Shown here one piece after another: positions 49,991-61,579 of a DNA stretch of 64,000 bases. Origin of the DNA: Neoechinorhynchus agilis (taxonomy: Eukaryota; Animalia; Acanthocephala). Below the pieces are notes generated by a model. That model worked only from the letters and a program-made list of their open reading frames with translations, had not been told where the DNA came from and ran no database searches. The stretch spans positions 654,797 through 718,796 of the forward strand of contig CM121342.1 in NCBI GenBank assembly GCA_051530055.1. The letters run 5' to 3'. The position numbers and the translations under genes were made by a program. How positions within the stretch are numbered: position 1 is the first letter of the stretch; each line of letters begins with the position of its first letter.

Positions 49991-50656
49991 ACCTAATCTG
50001 AGGGATACTCCGATCCGAACTGCTTCGTCTGCGAGGAGTGTTCCTACGGATGCAATGGGTAGGGCTTTTAACCATGCTCCTTCAATTTTTTCTCACCGTA
50101 AACAAGGACATGAGCAATTCAAAACAATCAGTCTTGATTTAATGGGAGGGGGAGATTTTTTTATTCGTACATGGAAATTCAATACTGTTTGAATATTGAA
50201 CTGTTCATATTGGTTGTTTTTTGGCGAACTTTCAAAACAACCTTGTGATCGATTGTTGGTCTATTATTTTTTAGGATTTCGTCATGAGCTATGTTTGTAG
50301 ATTGCGACGTTTAGTTTAAGTGAACATTCTCTTATTAATTATCAACCAAGAAGGAGCTTTCTCGAATATGATGAGCTGGGCCATTTTACCACTGATCAAT
50401 TTTAAAAATAAATGCATTGAATATTTTTATAATCTATCATCACTTTGCGGTTCGCATTGTCGAGTCGAATAAAAAAATTTACTTTTTAAACCCAACCATT
50501 TTTGATTAGTCGAACTATTTCCGTTATTATTTTGGTCGATTATTAATACCCGAGAGGGATATTGTCAATTTAAATATAAAAAATAAGTACCTAAGGTTAC
50601 AAACCTCGAGATCGTCACCAGCCTACAGAATGCCTCATTAGGTGAATTTTGGCCAA

Positions 50657-51180
50657 TTATGGAAACGTTTGCTTTGTTCTCTGTTCCATCATGTTGGCCA
50701 TTTCAACGTATATTGATTCTTTTATCAGTCGATATTTGTTGCTCACGGAGACGAGTTTCTTTGGACAACGCATTGTTTCATCTAAGAAGACCGTCTCGCA
50801 TTCTTCGCTTGGGGAGGATGAGTCCTCTTGTGATACAGGCAAATGTAGTCCATCGAATTTCCAAGTGTTCCGTTCAAAGTTTTTAAAGCGAATGTCATCA
50901 ATTAATCCAAATTCCAGATTTATTATCGAACGGAAAATGGGTGTTTTATTTATTGCTTCAAATTTTCGACGCCTCGCGTCTTCGTCAGGAAGCTTTTCTT
51001 CGGTTATCTGAAAAGGAATTAGAGGAGGGCAACGCTGTTAAACACATTCCGCTTGAGAAAATGCAATGACTCCTTAGAGTTCCTCAAGCTCATCATTAGG
51101 CATTGTTCTTCGCAGAAAAATGATCCGTTTGGATCTGTCTCGGGTGTTGACATGCCACCATGCAATATTGGGTAAAACAT
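50657..51180 (-). CDS. Unknown protein, 2 exons, divergent from KDM8
   Basis: E/K/D-rich open frame 51010-50657 after a TTTTCAG acceptor; upstream exon MFYPILHGGMSTPETDP... Confidence 0.4.
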
Positions 51181-51301
51181 TGACAGTTGTTGAAAGACTA
51201 AAATGCTATTGGAACTTTTGACGATCGTCTCTTGGTTTCCGTATGTGTGTGAGTGTGTGTGAAGAACGATTTCACCTAAAAAATGCCTCGAATTTGTAGA
51301 A

Positions 51302-53169
51302 ATGTCACAAATTAGAGCGGATGCTTTAGAGGTGATATGTAAAATTTGTCTCGAGAGCTCGAAACTCGATATTGTTGGAAACGTACCAGACAGCATGATG
51401 GCGATTCTTAGAAAATGCAAAGAGTCGTTGAATTTGGAGCATGAAGATACAAATATTGATTGGGTGCGCAGTAGATTAAAGCCGATAATCGAGCATTGTA
51501 GATCGTATTCTTAGCTAAATGTTCTGATCTAAATATTTTTCATTATCTTGTCCTAATCGATAGCCTCATTCTAACGGGATCTCGACACCTATCTTCAAAA
51601 AACTATACATCTATTAGAAGACTTACGGTATAAATTTTATTCGCATTTTGGTGACCTTGATCTATTAGTAAAATCAGCCTAGTTCAATTGCTGTACATTT
51701 TCAATTTTAGTTCATGGAGTTTAAGAAGGTAGTCGTGATCGATAATAACCTCTTTTTGGTTTTGAATCCGGAATTGAAAATAGTGTTCAAGTCAAATGTG
51801 TAAACTGTAATAAATCCAATGTGTCCATTGCGCGCAGATATTATTTATTAATTTTTATTTTTTGTTTTAAATCCGAAACATCTACAATGATCAATAGTGC
51901 TAATTAGTTGGTACCAACTGAACTGTGGATCTTGGAAAGACGTTTGCGATTATTGGCGTCACCTCTACGGAATAGCATCTCTTATGTCCATTGTCACAGA
52001 TTTTGTACAACAATTATGTGAGACATCAAACGACGATTTAATAAAAGATTTAATTTGCCAATGCGATCGGGCAATCCTGATGGGCGGGCCTGCTATCGAA
52101 CCTCTCGTATCAGAACTTATTGCGGTTCTGGTGCGCTCATGCTCAGATTCTGAACCATTGAAGTCGGTTCGTTTTATTTTTATAATTTTCATTTATCTGT
52201 TATGTTTCTAAGAATATGGATATATTCGAACGAGTCGCTCAAATCGATATGGACGATCGGCGCGTTAAGGAAATGGAAGTTCCGCCAACGATAGAAACGT
52301 TTGATAATGAATTTTTCCGAAAAGGAAAACCAGTGCTTTTGAACGGATGTATATCTCATTGGCCAGCAATGAAATCTTGGAGGTGGTTTTTTTGTGATTT
52401 TAGTCATTCGCAAATCAAATGATTGCTAAAGTTTTGAGTATTTTGTTAACTTGATCGGAGATCGAATCGTGCCCGTTGAAATTGGATCCAACTATGCAGA
52501 TATAAAATGGACTCAGAAGCTCATGACATTTAAGAAGTTCTACCATGAATATTTAATAAATAAGGAGAATTTGACCATTGGATACTTGGCTCAACATCCT
52601 CTTCTTGATCAGGTATGTAATTTGTTCGCATAAAACCTCATATCTTTTTTTGTGATTTCGGTGTTAATCCCCATTGAAAGCGATAAAATCGATACATTTT
52701 TCTTTTATACAGATTCCCAAACTAAGACAGGACGTATGTGTACCCGATTTTTGCTGCCTCGGAACCACAGAAGTCGTCGATATGAATATCTGGATAGGAC
52801 CGGCCGATACAATTTCACCTCTCCATCAAGATCCAAAACCCAACCTTCTTTGTCAGGTCCGATGATTTCTAATGCCTACACAGTGATCATTGCTTTTTAA
52901 ATATTTCCTAGATTAGAGGGACAAAGTTTGTAAGAATGATCAGTCCTGAGTATCGCGCCTTCGTGTATCCGTTTCCATCAACATTGATCAGTAATACTAG
53001 TCAAATGGACGTTATGAACCCGGATTACGAAAAATTCCCACTGTTTCGAGACGTTCCTTACATGGATACAATCCTGCGTCCGGGAACAATGCTGTATATT
53101 CCACCAAACTATTGGCATTATGTAAAGTCGCTCAGTCCAAGCATTTCTCTGAGTATTTGGTTCGAATAA
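51302..53169 (+). CDS. KDM8: JmjC hydroxylase KDM8/JMJD5
   Basis: N-terminal [84 protein letters not shown]; four short GT-AG introns. Confidence 0.92.
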
Positions 53170-54143
53170 AATCGTGAAGTGTCAAAATTTTGATTCATTT
53201 AATAATACGCGGATATTAGCAAGGTTTTTAAATTAGCCATGAAAATCTCGTCTTTGATTTAAGCGATTACACCCTTGTTCCTAAAAAAATCAATTTTATT
53301 GTACGCCGATCGATACCTCACTCAAATCTATCAAAAATACTACTAGCGCCTTAATTACACATTTCTCCTTTGACTCAAACTTACCACACTCGTTGTCCCA
53401 ACAACATTTTCTATCTCTCAGTTCCTCGCACAGCGTCCACACCGCTAAATCCTCCAAATATGAATTGATTCGGAGGAATACATTAAACAGTTTCACTAGA
53501 TACCTGAGTTGCATGGTTCGGTTGCTTTTATTTGTCCAAATAAAACGTATTATTATATCCGCATATCAAAGTAGTGCACAAAAATAATAAAATGCAATTT
53601 ATTAAATTTAATAGACGTATCAGTGATCGACAAAAGATTAAGATCATTCGTCTTCGTACAAAAGAATTTTTATCATCATTAGAAAATATTTCGGGATTAT
53701 AGAGTTATAATTTTGGTGAACATAATCCCCGGGCATTAAATACCTGATTTATTTGAAATATTTCGCTAGGTAATCTCGCCTCATCAGTCATTGTATACAC
53801 ACATCTAGTCGATTGGATTAATTTACAATGACTGATGATGCGATATTACCTCCTTCGAAATATTTCCCTTATAATTCAATATCAAATAGGTTATGGCCTG
53901 GAGTATGTTCACCAAGATTCTAAGAATTTTTATATTAATCGAAAAAAATTATTTCTTAAAAGTTGAAATTTTAGCTTAAAGTCTACTGTTGGTTTGTAAG
54001 ACGTTTAATGCAATCATGATTTCGATCGGATAAAAGACATATTTTTTATCGTATAAGTTGAACTTTTGTTCTTTAAAAGACCCAATTATTAAGTCTTAAG
54101 TAATGCTTTTTCGTTGCAAGCAGATATAACCGTCGAAAGTCCA

Positions 54144-54577
54144 TCAAAGTCTTTTATAGAGTCCTATGTAACTGTTGCAATTCGGGCATCGATGAAGTGC
54201 GTCTTTAGTACTGTCTAACATGAACGGCACAAGACAACAACCGCACCAGAATCTATTTTTAGTGAATCAAAGTCGGAAATTTCACACAAATCCTACCCAA
54301 CGACGAGCATGACAGAGCATACGATCCAAGTGATCACACCGGTTTTGTATTCAACCTTTGTGATTACTTGTTGATGACAATGGGGACACGTGATGTCCAC
54401 TAGAATTGGTCCCAGTACTGGGTTACTTGGTGGAATATTTGACTGCGATGGAACCAGCCCTGGGGCAGTGGCAGGGTATGGCGGTGGCGGCTCTATACAC
54501 AAAATGATTTTAAGAAAATAGACTATCATACCTGCAATGTGAGTTTGCTCTTTTTCGTCTACAATGTATTTCTCCAT
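54144..54577 (-). CDS. LITAF: LITAF-domain protein, 3 exons
   Basis: PPPPY, CPHCHQQVIT.V.Y.TG, GCCLVPF..D..KD..HRCPNC..YIG.YKRL. Confidence 0.88.
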
Positions 54578-54982
54578 TAAGATTTGAGTTCTAAGAACAG
54601 TCTCGCTATTTAGAACCAACGCTAAGTTGAAAGTATTTCGTTCTAAGAACAAAGTCTCGCTTTTTACAACCAACGGTGAGTTAAATGTACTTCGTTCTTT
54701 GTTGTCGTATACTAATGAGTCATCGAGCAATGTAAAACTAAAAAAGTAACCGGTTTGTTAGCTACAAATTGCTCTATTATCTGCGATACAATCTTTAGTC
54801 GGGATATTTCCAAGTGCGACGAGGTGGCCATTACGCTTTTGAAAACAATAATTCCTGTTTTAAATTGAGAAACTTAAACAATTTTTCGCTCTTTGCGTAA
54901 TTGTCTTTAACTGTAAAACCGATCTCCTGATTGTCACACAAATATCAATAATGACTTTTAATATAAGCGGTCGCATCCATTC

Positions 54983-55734
54983 ATGGCCATAAATCTTCTT
55001 GATGAGATCAAGCATCAATTTTCATGGTGTAAAATTAAGGATGAAAAGCTAATTAACATCCAGCCAATCATTTATTTGATTCCTTCATCATTCTCTCTCG
55101 AGGTAATCAATCAGCTTACGTGCCCATATCAAGTTCAAAACTTTCAATGCTTTTGTTTCTGTAGAACAAATTCTTCGTTCAAACTGCTTTCCAAATGTGC
55201 AATCTTACATATGATACAAATATACAAACTTTTCAAAGGCGATTGGAAGTTCAGCATGTAGTTCTTGAAAAAGCGACATTATATCAGGAAAAAGTAACGG
55301 GTCAAATAAAACTTTTAGATAATCATATCTTTGAAAAACGAGTTGTTGTTCGTTACACCGTCAATAGTTGGAAAAGTTTTAAGGATGTGGACGCAAAGTA
55401 CTTAAAAAATTCATACGATGGCCGAACGAGTCGATTTATTTTTGAGATTCAACTTAGGGAAAAAATAAAATCGGTGGATTTTGCAATTTGTTTTTGCGAC
55501 AACCCAACGTCGATTAATAACTCTGGTTTTTGGGATAATAATGATCGCTGCAATTATCGTCTTTGTAATGGTCAGGAGCATTATGATTTCAAAACAGGAT
55601 ACAGAAGCCGTTTTCTGGATGAGCTCCATGTAAATCCTTGCTATAAGCTTGTGAATGCTAAATTTTACGGCGTGGTATTGGAAATGAAGGTCTACCCAAT
55701 ATTGTGCAGAACATCCCAATATTGGTTTGATTGA
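54983..55734 (+). CDS. Glycogen-targeting PP1 regulatory subunit (CBM21, PPP1R3 family)
   Basis: VVLE...VTGQIKLLDNHIFEKRVVVRYTVNSWKSF...VDFAICF...FWDNNDRCNY. Confidence 0.8.
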
Positions 55735-57794
55735 ATGCAAGGAAACTCTTTATTTTTGGTTACTAATAAAACATATAATTTTTTAAATGTGCATTCCCTG
55801 TCAAGTCTCAACTTTAAATTTTCGTCTTCAAAATTCTACAATTTTAGTATACATGTTTCAAATTTCTATAAATTTTAATTTACAATCCTCACTTCAGACT
55901 TTTTTAAATTAATATCATTTTGTTAAAAAGAAAGCGATAATTTTTATACTAAAAATCTGAGTGATGATAGTGCTCTTTAAAAGGCAAATTTTAATGCGGT
56001 TTTCACGCATTTTCTAAATAGTCTAAAAGATAATGCTGTAAAGATTTTACCCCTCGGCTTTTCTACACGCACTTGATTTTTAACGCAATTATATTGTAGC
56101 ATTGTATATTTTGATAGGGAAGAGAAAGCAAGCAGTAGAATCCTTAAAGTCCTTAATCAAATTAAAATTTATCGAATTTATTAAGTTAAAATGTTCATTA
56201 TGTTTATTTTCAAATAGGAATGTATATATACAACTGAATCGTTCTTATGCTATAAGTGCTTGTCAACCTTTCTTTGAAGCATGGATTTTAATTGAATTTT
56301 ATTAAACTCCAGAAAGCTCGGGTTCTCGTTAACAGGTCCCAAATATTTTATGTCCACTTTGCGGCTACTAAAAATAAAAACTTTTGTGGTAAGTCTGAAT
56401 CACTCACTCCGAATTCCACGAAACTAAAATTTTCTTTATGTTTACATTAAGGCAAGCTCATTACGAATCTCACAAAAGAAAACGAATGGGCAATGACAAA
56501 AGATCGTGAGTAGGGCGAGAATCTCTATTCCCTTATTTACAAAGGCAACGTACTTTTCGTCGTACATTGAAGCTTATTTTTTGTTTGAGTACGCATATTT
56601 TGACTTGCATGTGGGTGAAAATAAGAATGTGATTAAACTGGAAGGAAATCAACTTTTGCAACTAAAAAAAATTTATTTGAAAATTTTTTTTATAGACTTA
56701 TGAGAAGAAATACAAATATATATTTGCCGAATTATGTGACCACATTACCTTTTTTTTAGTCGTCGAACTTAAAATTTGTTTAGTCCGATGAGGACTACGA
56801 CGTGCCAACTTATACTTAGAAACTGCAATTTGTCTTTAGAGAGAGTTTAATGGAACATTAAAGCAAAAAATATTTACCTTCAAGCATTACTAAGCTTTTT
56901 AAATCAAGTGTAATTATTCGGGTTTCGATTATAAACCATCATAAAATCGAAACCTTTAATAGCAAGGTCTAGTGAAATACTACTTAATTTTCCAGCTGCA
57001 TGATCAATCAAGTTTTGTTTTTTAATTGACACTTGGACGGGCTGTTCTAGTGATAAAGAAAAATGTTTATTTTCGAGCTTAATTAAGAACAGTAACGGTT
57101 TATGCTTACGGTTTTCTGCAATTAGCTAAAATTGAACGATTTAATGCTAAATTAGCAACGGGCCAAGATCTTCATAGACATTTTTCGTGCATTGAACACA
57201 AGACTTTCTAATGAAGTGTTTCGTGTACGACGATTTTTATATTCCAAATCAATCAAACTTTGTCTTTAAATGGACACTTGGGCGGGCTGTTATAGTGACA
57301 AAGAAAATCTTTATTTTCGGGCATTCACCGTCTTACGGCTTCTTCAGGCGTGTTGAAATAACGGAATGGAAGTGGAAAGTTCGTCCAGCCGTAAGACGGC
57401 GAAAGTTCGGAAAAAAAGACTATCATACAAAAGTGTGCCCAAGTATCAATTAAAAAACAAAAGTTGATTTAATGACAAGAGACAAGTAAATTCAAAAACT
57501 GCAATAGTAATTTCTTAGAAAAAGGTGTAAAAATGACATAAAACAAAAAGATCGTCTGATGGTTTAATTGATCAGCCTTGCTGCAAATAACCTATTATTC
57601 TTTTTCATACAGTATTCCGCCTATCAAAACAAGTACAGAATACGAAACAGTGCTCGAACGAAGGAACAAGTTTACGATAGGGAACATAATTAGGGTGACG
57701 GTAATGAATGTTTTGAGCGATAACGCAAGCAAGTGTTGCGTGAGAGTTATGCTTTGGTATTCTTACACTACTATTCGTCGTAGTTTTGGTTTAG

Positions 57795-59233
57795 ATGTCA
57801 AAAAACGAATTTCCTAAACGACGTGAATCACGTTATGGAATCGACGTTGAAGAGGAAGGACTGATCGTAAAGGACACACCAGCGGTCCTTGTACGAATTG
57901 ATAGACCATGCCACAAGATATCAGAATCGCTTCTAACTCGGCATGACAATCAGGAACTAAGCTATCGCGGATTCTTTAATCTAATAATCGTTCTATTCCA
58001 CATTTTATACGGTCGTCTTGCGGTTGAGAACATCGTGAAATACGGATCTTTTCTAAGACACAATCCGTTCGATATCATCGTTGTTCGATCATGGTCGAAT
58101 CCAGCACTCCGACTTCTTTTACTTTTAATCCCAACCCTTTTGATGCTTTTCGCTCTGGAAAAAGGAATAAGCACTAGAAAGATAAAACAAGCGGTTGGAA
58201 GACCATTGCAAATCTTAAACCTCGTGATAATGATAACGATTCCAGTTTTATATATTCATCGGCACCAAATGTCCATCCCCATTTTATACATTGCAGTATG
58301 TTTGCTATATGTTGCTCTCTTCTTAGCGAGTGCACCACAGAGAATGAGGGATTTTTTGTATACACTGTACGGCACTCAGCGACTTTAAAATGCTGCTCCT
58401 ACGTCCATATTAACTTTCTTTGTTGCAGTTATAGTGACAGGAAGCTCCTTTTAATTGACGAGATTAAAAAGGAAAAAGTTCTTTACCCATCAAATGTCAC
58501 ATTGCAGAACTTCCTGTACTACCTGGCATCGCCAACACTCTGTTACGAACTCTCATATCCTAGATCTTCAGAAATCCGCATTTTATTCATTATTAGAGAA
58601 TTATTTGAAACAGTAATGTGTCTAAGTCTTGAACTCCTTATAGCTCAAAAATGGATTGGACCAATACTGTACTCTTCAACGATTCCACTGATCAACCTCG
58701 ATTACCTTCAAATCATTGAAAAGTTCATGCGATTGGCCGTGCCTACTCACCTTTCATGGCTACTGTTCTTTTACATCACGTTTCATTCATTTCCAAACAT
58801 GATAGCCGAATTTCTCCGATTTGGGGATCGCGAATTTTACTTGGACTGGTGGAATGCGCAAGATATTGATGAGTTCTGGAGAAAATGGAACATGCCTGTC
58901 CATCGATGGGCGAAACGGCACCTTTACAAACCTTTGCTACAACTGCTACATTTCCCGAAATGGGGCGCATCATTTGTTGTTTTCTTTGTTTCGGCGATTT
59001 TCCATGAATATGTAGTGAGCGTTCCAATGTGCATTACGAGATTCTGGTTCTTCTTGGGAATGGGAGCACAAGTACCACTTGGATTCATTGTAAGATATTT
59101 TAAAGGAGATCGTGGCAACATGGCGATGTGGCTTAGTATTGTGATGGGACTGCCGATGATTATTATGGCTTACGTTCATGAATTCGTCGTAATGAACCAC
59201 GAATATTTCTTTGCTGTTCCATTAAAAGATTGA
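57795..59233 (+). CDS. DGAT1: Diacylglycerol O-acyltransferase 1; short interruption near 58323-58387
   Basis: SYRGFFN, YPSNVTL, APTLCYELSYPR, AEFLRFGDREFYLDWWN, FWRKWNMPVHRW.KRHLYKP, SAIFHEY, GNMAMW. Confidence 0.94.
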
Positions 59234-59620
59234 CTGGTTCTAATGTTTGTACTTGGAGTTGGCGCACAAATGTTCAGAAACGTATGTCCTTCGTAGTTAT
59301 AAAAGTTTATTCTTACAGGAAATTGTCTTATCGCAATATACCTATTGTTTGCATCCCTGCAAAGCCAGAAAATGTGGAATCTTTTATATCCGATTAAGTA
59401 TTATTTGTTCTACCTGCTGAAAATACATTTTCTGAGATGAAATCGAAATATCTTATACAAAAATTCAATGCCTTTGGTGGAATGCTTCGGCTTTTTTTCT
59501 ACGGGATATTCACTGTAAGAAGCAATATATCCCAGGGTGACTATCAGAAAATAGCAGTAATAACATCTTTACTATAAATTATAAGAAAAACGGAAACCAT
59601 TACACTGAAGAGTGCGTAAA

Positions 59621-60534
59621 TCAGCATCGCCTCCAATGCCACTGTCGATTGTATTTTAGTGGGTCTTCCATTTTTATATTATTTTCATTTGGAACCTCCT
59701 CGATTTCGAGAGAGTCGACATCGCACTCCAAAGAAGGATCCTTCCTGCCTACATGATCATCATAATATCCATTGACAAAGCTTCGCAGCTTGTCCTCGAA
59801 TTTTCCGGAAATTGGATACGTCCTCGGAAAGAGGTTAGTGAACGCGTCGGACCTTTGACTCAGTTTCATATTACTAAATAGCTCAAAATGGAAGCAGAAA
59901 TAAACAAGAGTTTACCTGCAGTGGCCCAAGCACGCCGGTAGCCGGCTCTCGGCTGCTCCGTCGAATTTAATAAAGATAATTGCTTGTGATAGAAAAACGG
60001 AAATAGAGGACAAAACAAGACTTGCCAACGCAATGTAATATGAACAACTATGCGAGTAATGTTTTTCACCCACACAAAAGAAGTAGATTCCGATTCCCAA
60101 AATCTCGCATATTACTAAAAATTGAATGATTATAACGACATTCAAAACATAAAATGAGATTTACACGACACTTGTCCTAGACTAGATGCTAACTGCATCA
60201 AAACAAAGGATTTTCTTCCCTTGTGGACAATAAAGGCAACAATAAGAAGGAGCGCTGTTATTTCAAATGAAAAACTGCTCAACAAAAGTCCGCTTATCAT
60301 TTTTCCTACAAAAAGCACGACTTTGTGATGACTAAATTGAATTACTTGGAACTTACTTTCCCTGTTTCTATTTGACATTGACAAAGATAAGCTTCCGAAT
60401 GGGCCAATGGTAAAGTTTCCATCCGGCCCGGTCGCCCATGGTTGGATACACATGGTCATCCATATCAGAGCTGATGTAAGGAAGTAAAAAATTACTGAAC
60501 TGTAGCTCACAGTTTTTAGAACGTTTGAAGGCAT
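59621..60534 (-). CDS. Tetraspan claudin/PMP22-like membrane protein, 3 exons
   Basis: Four hydrophobic helices, W..G...GPF extracellular loop, ending YSHSCSYYIALAS; GT-AG introns restore the frame. Confidence 0.55.
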
Positions 60535-61362
60535 GTTGCGATAATAATTAAACGTATACACACACGTTCAATGATGCATAAATGTTCGTTTTAAGTTCAA
60601 TTACAAACTATCAAAGAAAAAGAAACTTTGTACAAAAGCGTAAATCAGTTTATTAAAAAATAACAAACATCTTTACTATTCGGGGGGGGATGAAATTATT
60701 AACTGTTCTGGCGTAAATTTACTCTTAACCTCCTCGCGATATTAATGGATTTATTGTAAATTTTCTCGACTTTAGATTATTTGGTGCTTACATGAAGGGA
60801 ACTCAGATATCAAAGGTCGTGAAGCCAGAAAAGGATCTCATACTTCCTTAGAGCACCAATTAATCTAAAACGCACTTTTTATAGATGTCTGAAGAGGACC
60901 ATATGCGGCGGTCGAAAATTTACCATAAATCAATTAATATCGCAGGGAGGCTAAGAGTGAAGTTGCGCCATAACAATTTATAACTTCTTAACTAGTTCCT
61001 GCGTCAAAACATTCGTCTCGCGATAGTGTGGTCGCGACCACTAAGGGGAGAGAGATGCCTCTTCTTCGTGAACGGTGGTGATTGTTGAAACGTTTTGTTG
61101 TTGTATGTGTAAATGAAAGAGTTGCTTTCAAAAATGCTGAAACGCGATTTGCTGTATAATCTTAAATTTTGTCGAATTTATAAGCGACGTTTTACTACAA
61201 AATGTTGAAACCAATATTTTTCTAAGACGGTGATGTTTCTATTCACCAAGCTACACTTGGGAAAATATTGTAAGAATCAATTTTTTTGTGAAATATTCAT
61301 AAGATCAAATATGTTGCAGTCTTGGATGTTTTCAGATTGCTGTACGCTTAAAAAACAACACG

Positions 61363-61557
61363 TTTTATTTATTTATTTTGTTTAAGAAGAGGACCCATGT
61401 ATCGCTGGATTCTCGTGACTATCTTAGATTGGATGACGGATTTGGAGTGGATGACGGACCCGGTGTGGATGACGGATCAGGGGTGGATGACAGATCCGGA
61501 GTGGATGTTGGATCCAGGGTGGATTACGGGTCCGGTGTGGACTACGGATCCGGTTTT
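61363..61557 (-). repeat. SINE-like repeat with 7 x 18-bp VNTR
   Basis: GTGGATGACGGATCCGGT-type units at about 61430-61553; flank shared with 34462. Confidence 0.7.
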
Positions 61558-61579
61558 GTTTTAGAAAGCATGTATTGGG

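Noticed and set aside
51241-51264. Apparent 24-nt intron extending a plus-strand ORF
   Set aside because: ORF 51302 is the KDM8 N-terminus with its own ATG; the upstream frame is better explained by the divergent minus-strand gene
53296-53514. 72-aa Cys-containing ORF
   Set aside because: No recognisable family or start context
22123-58387. Fritillaria-type AG/AC or AG/AT intron ends as the explanation for the inserts
   Set aside because: No correct-length junction in GALT or PIP5K begins with AG
61430-61553. 18-bp repeats as a CRISPR array
   Set aside because: Head-to-tail units with no spacers, eukaryotic context, no cas genes
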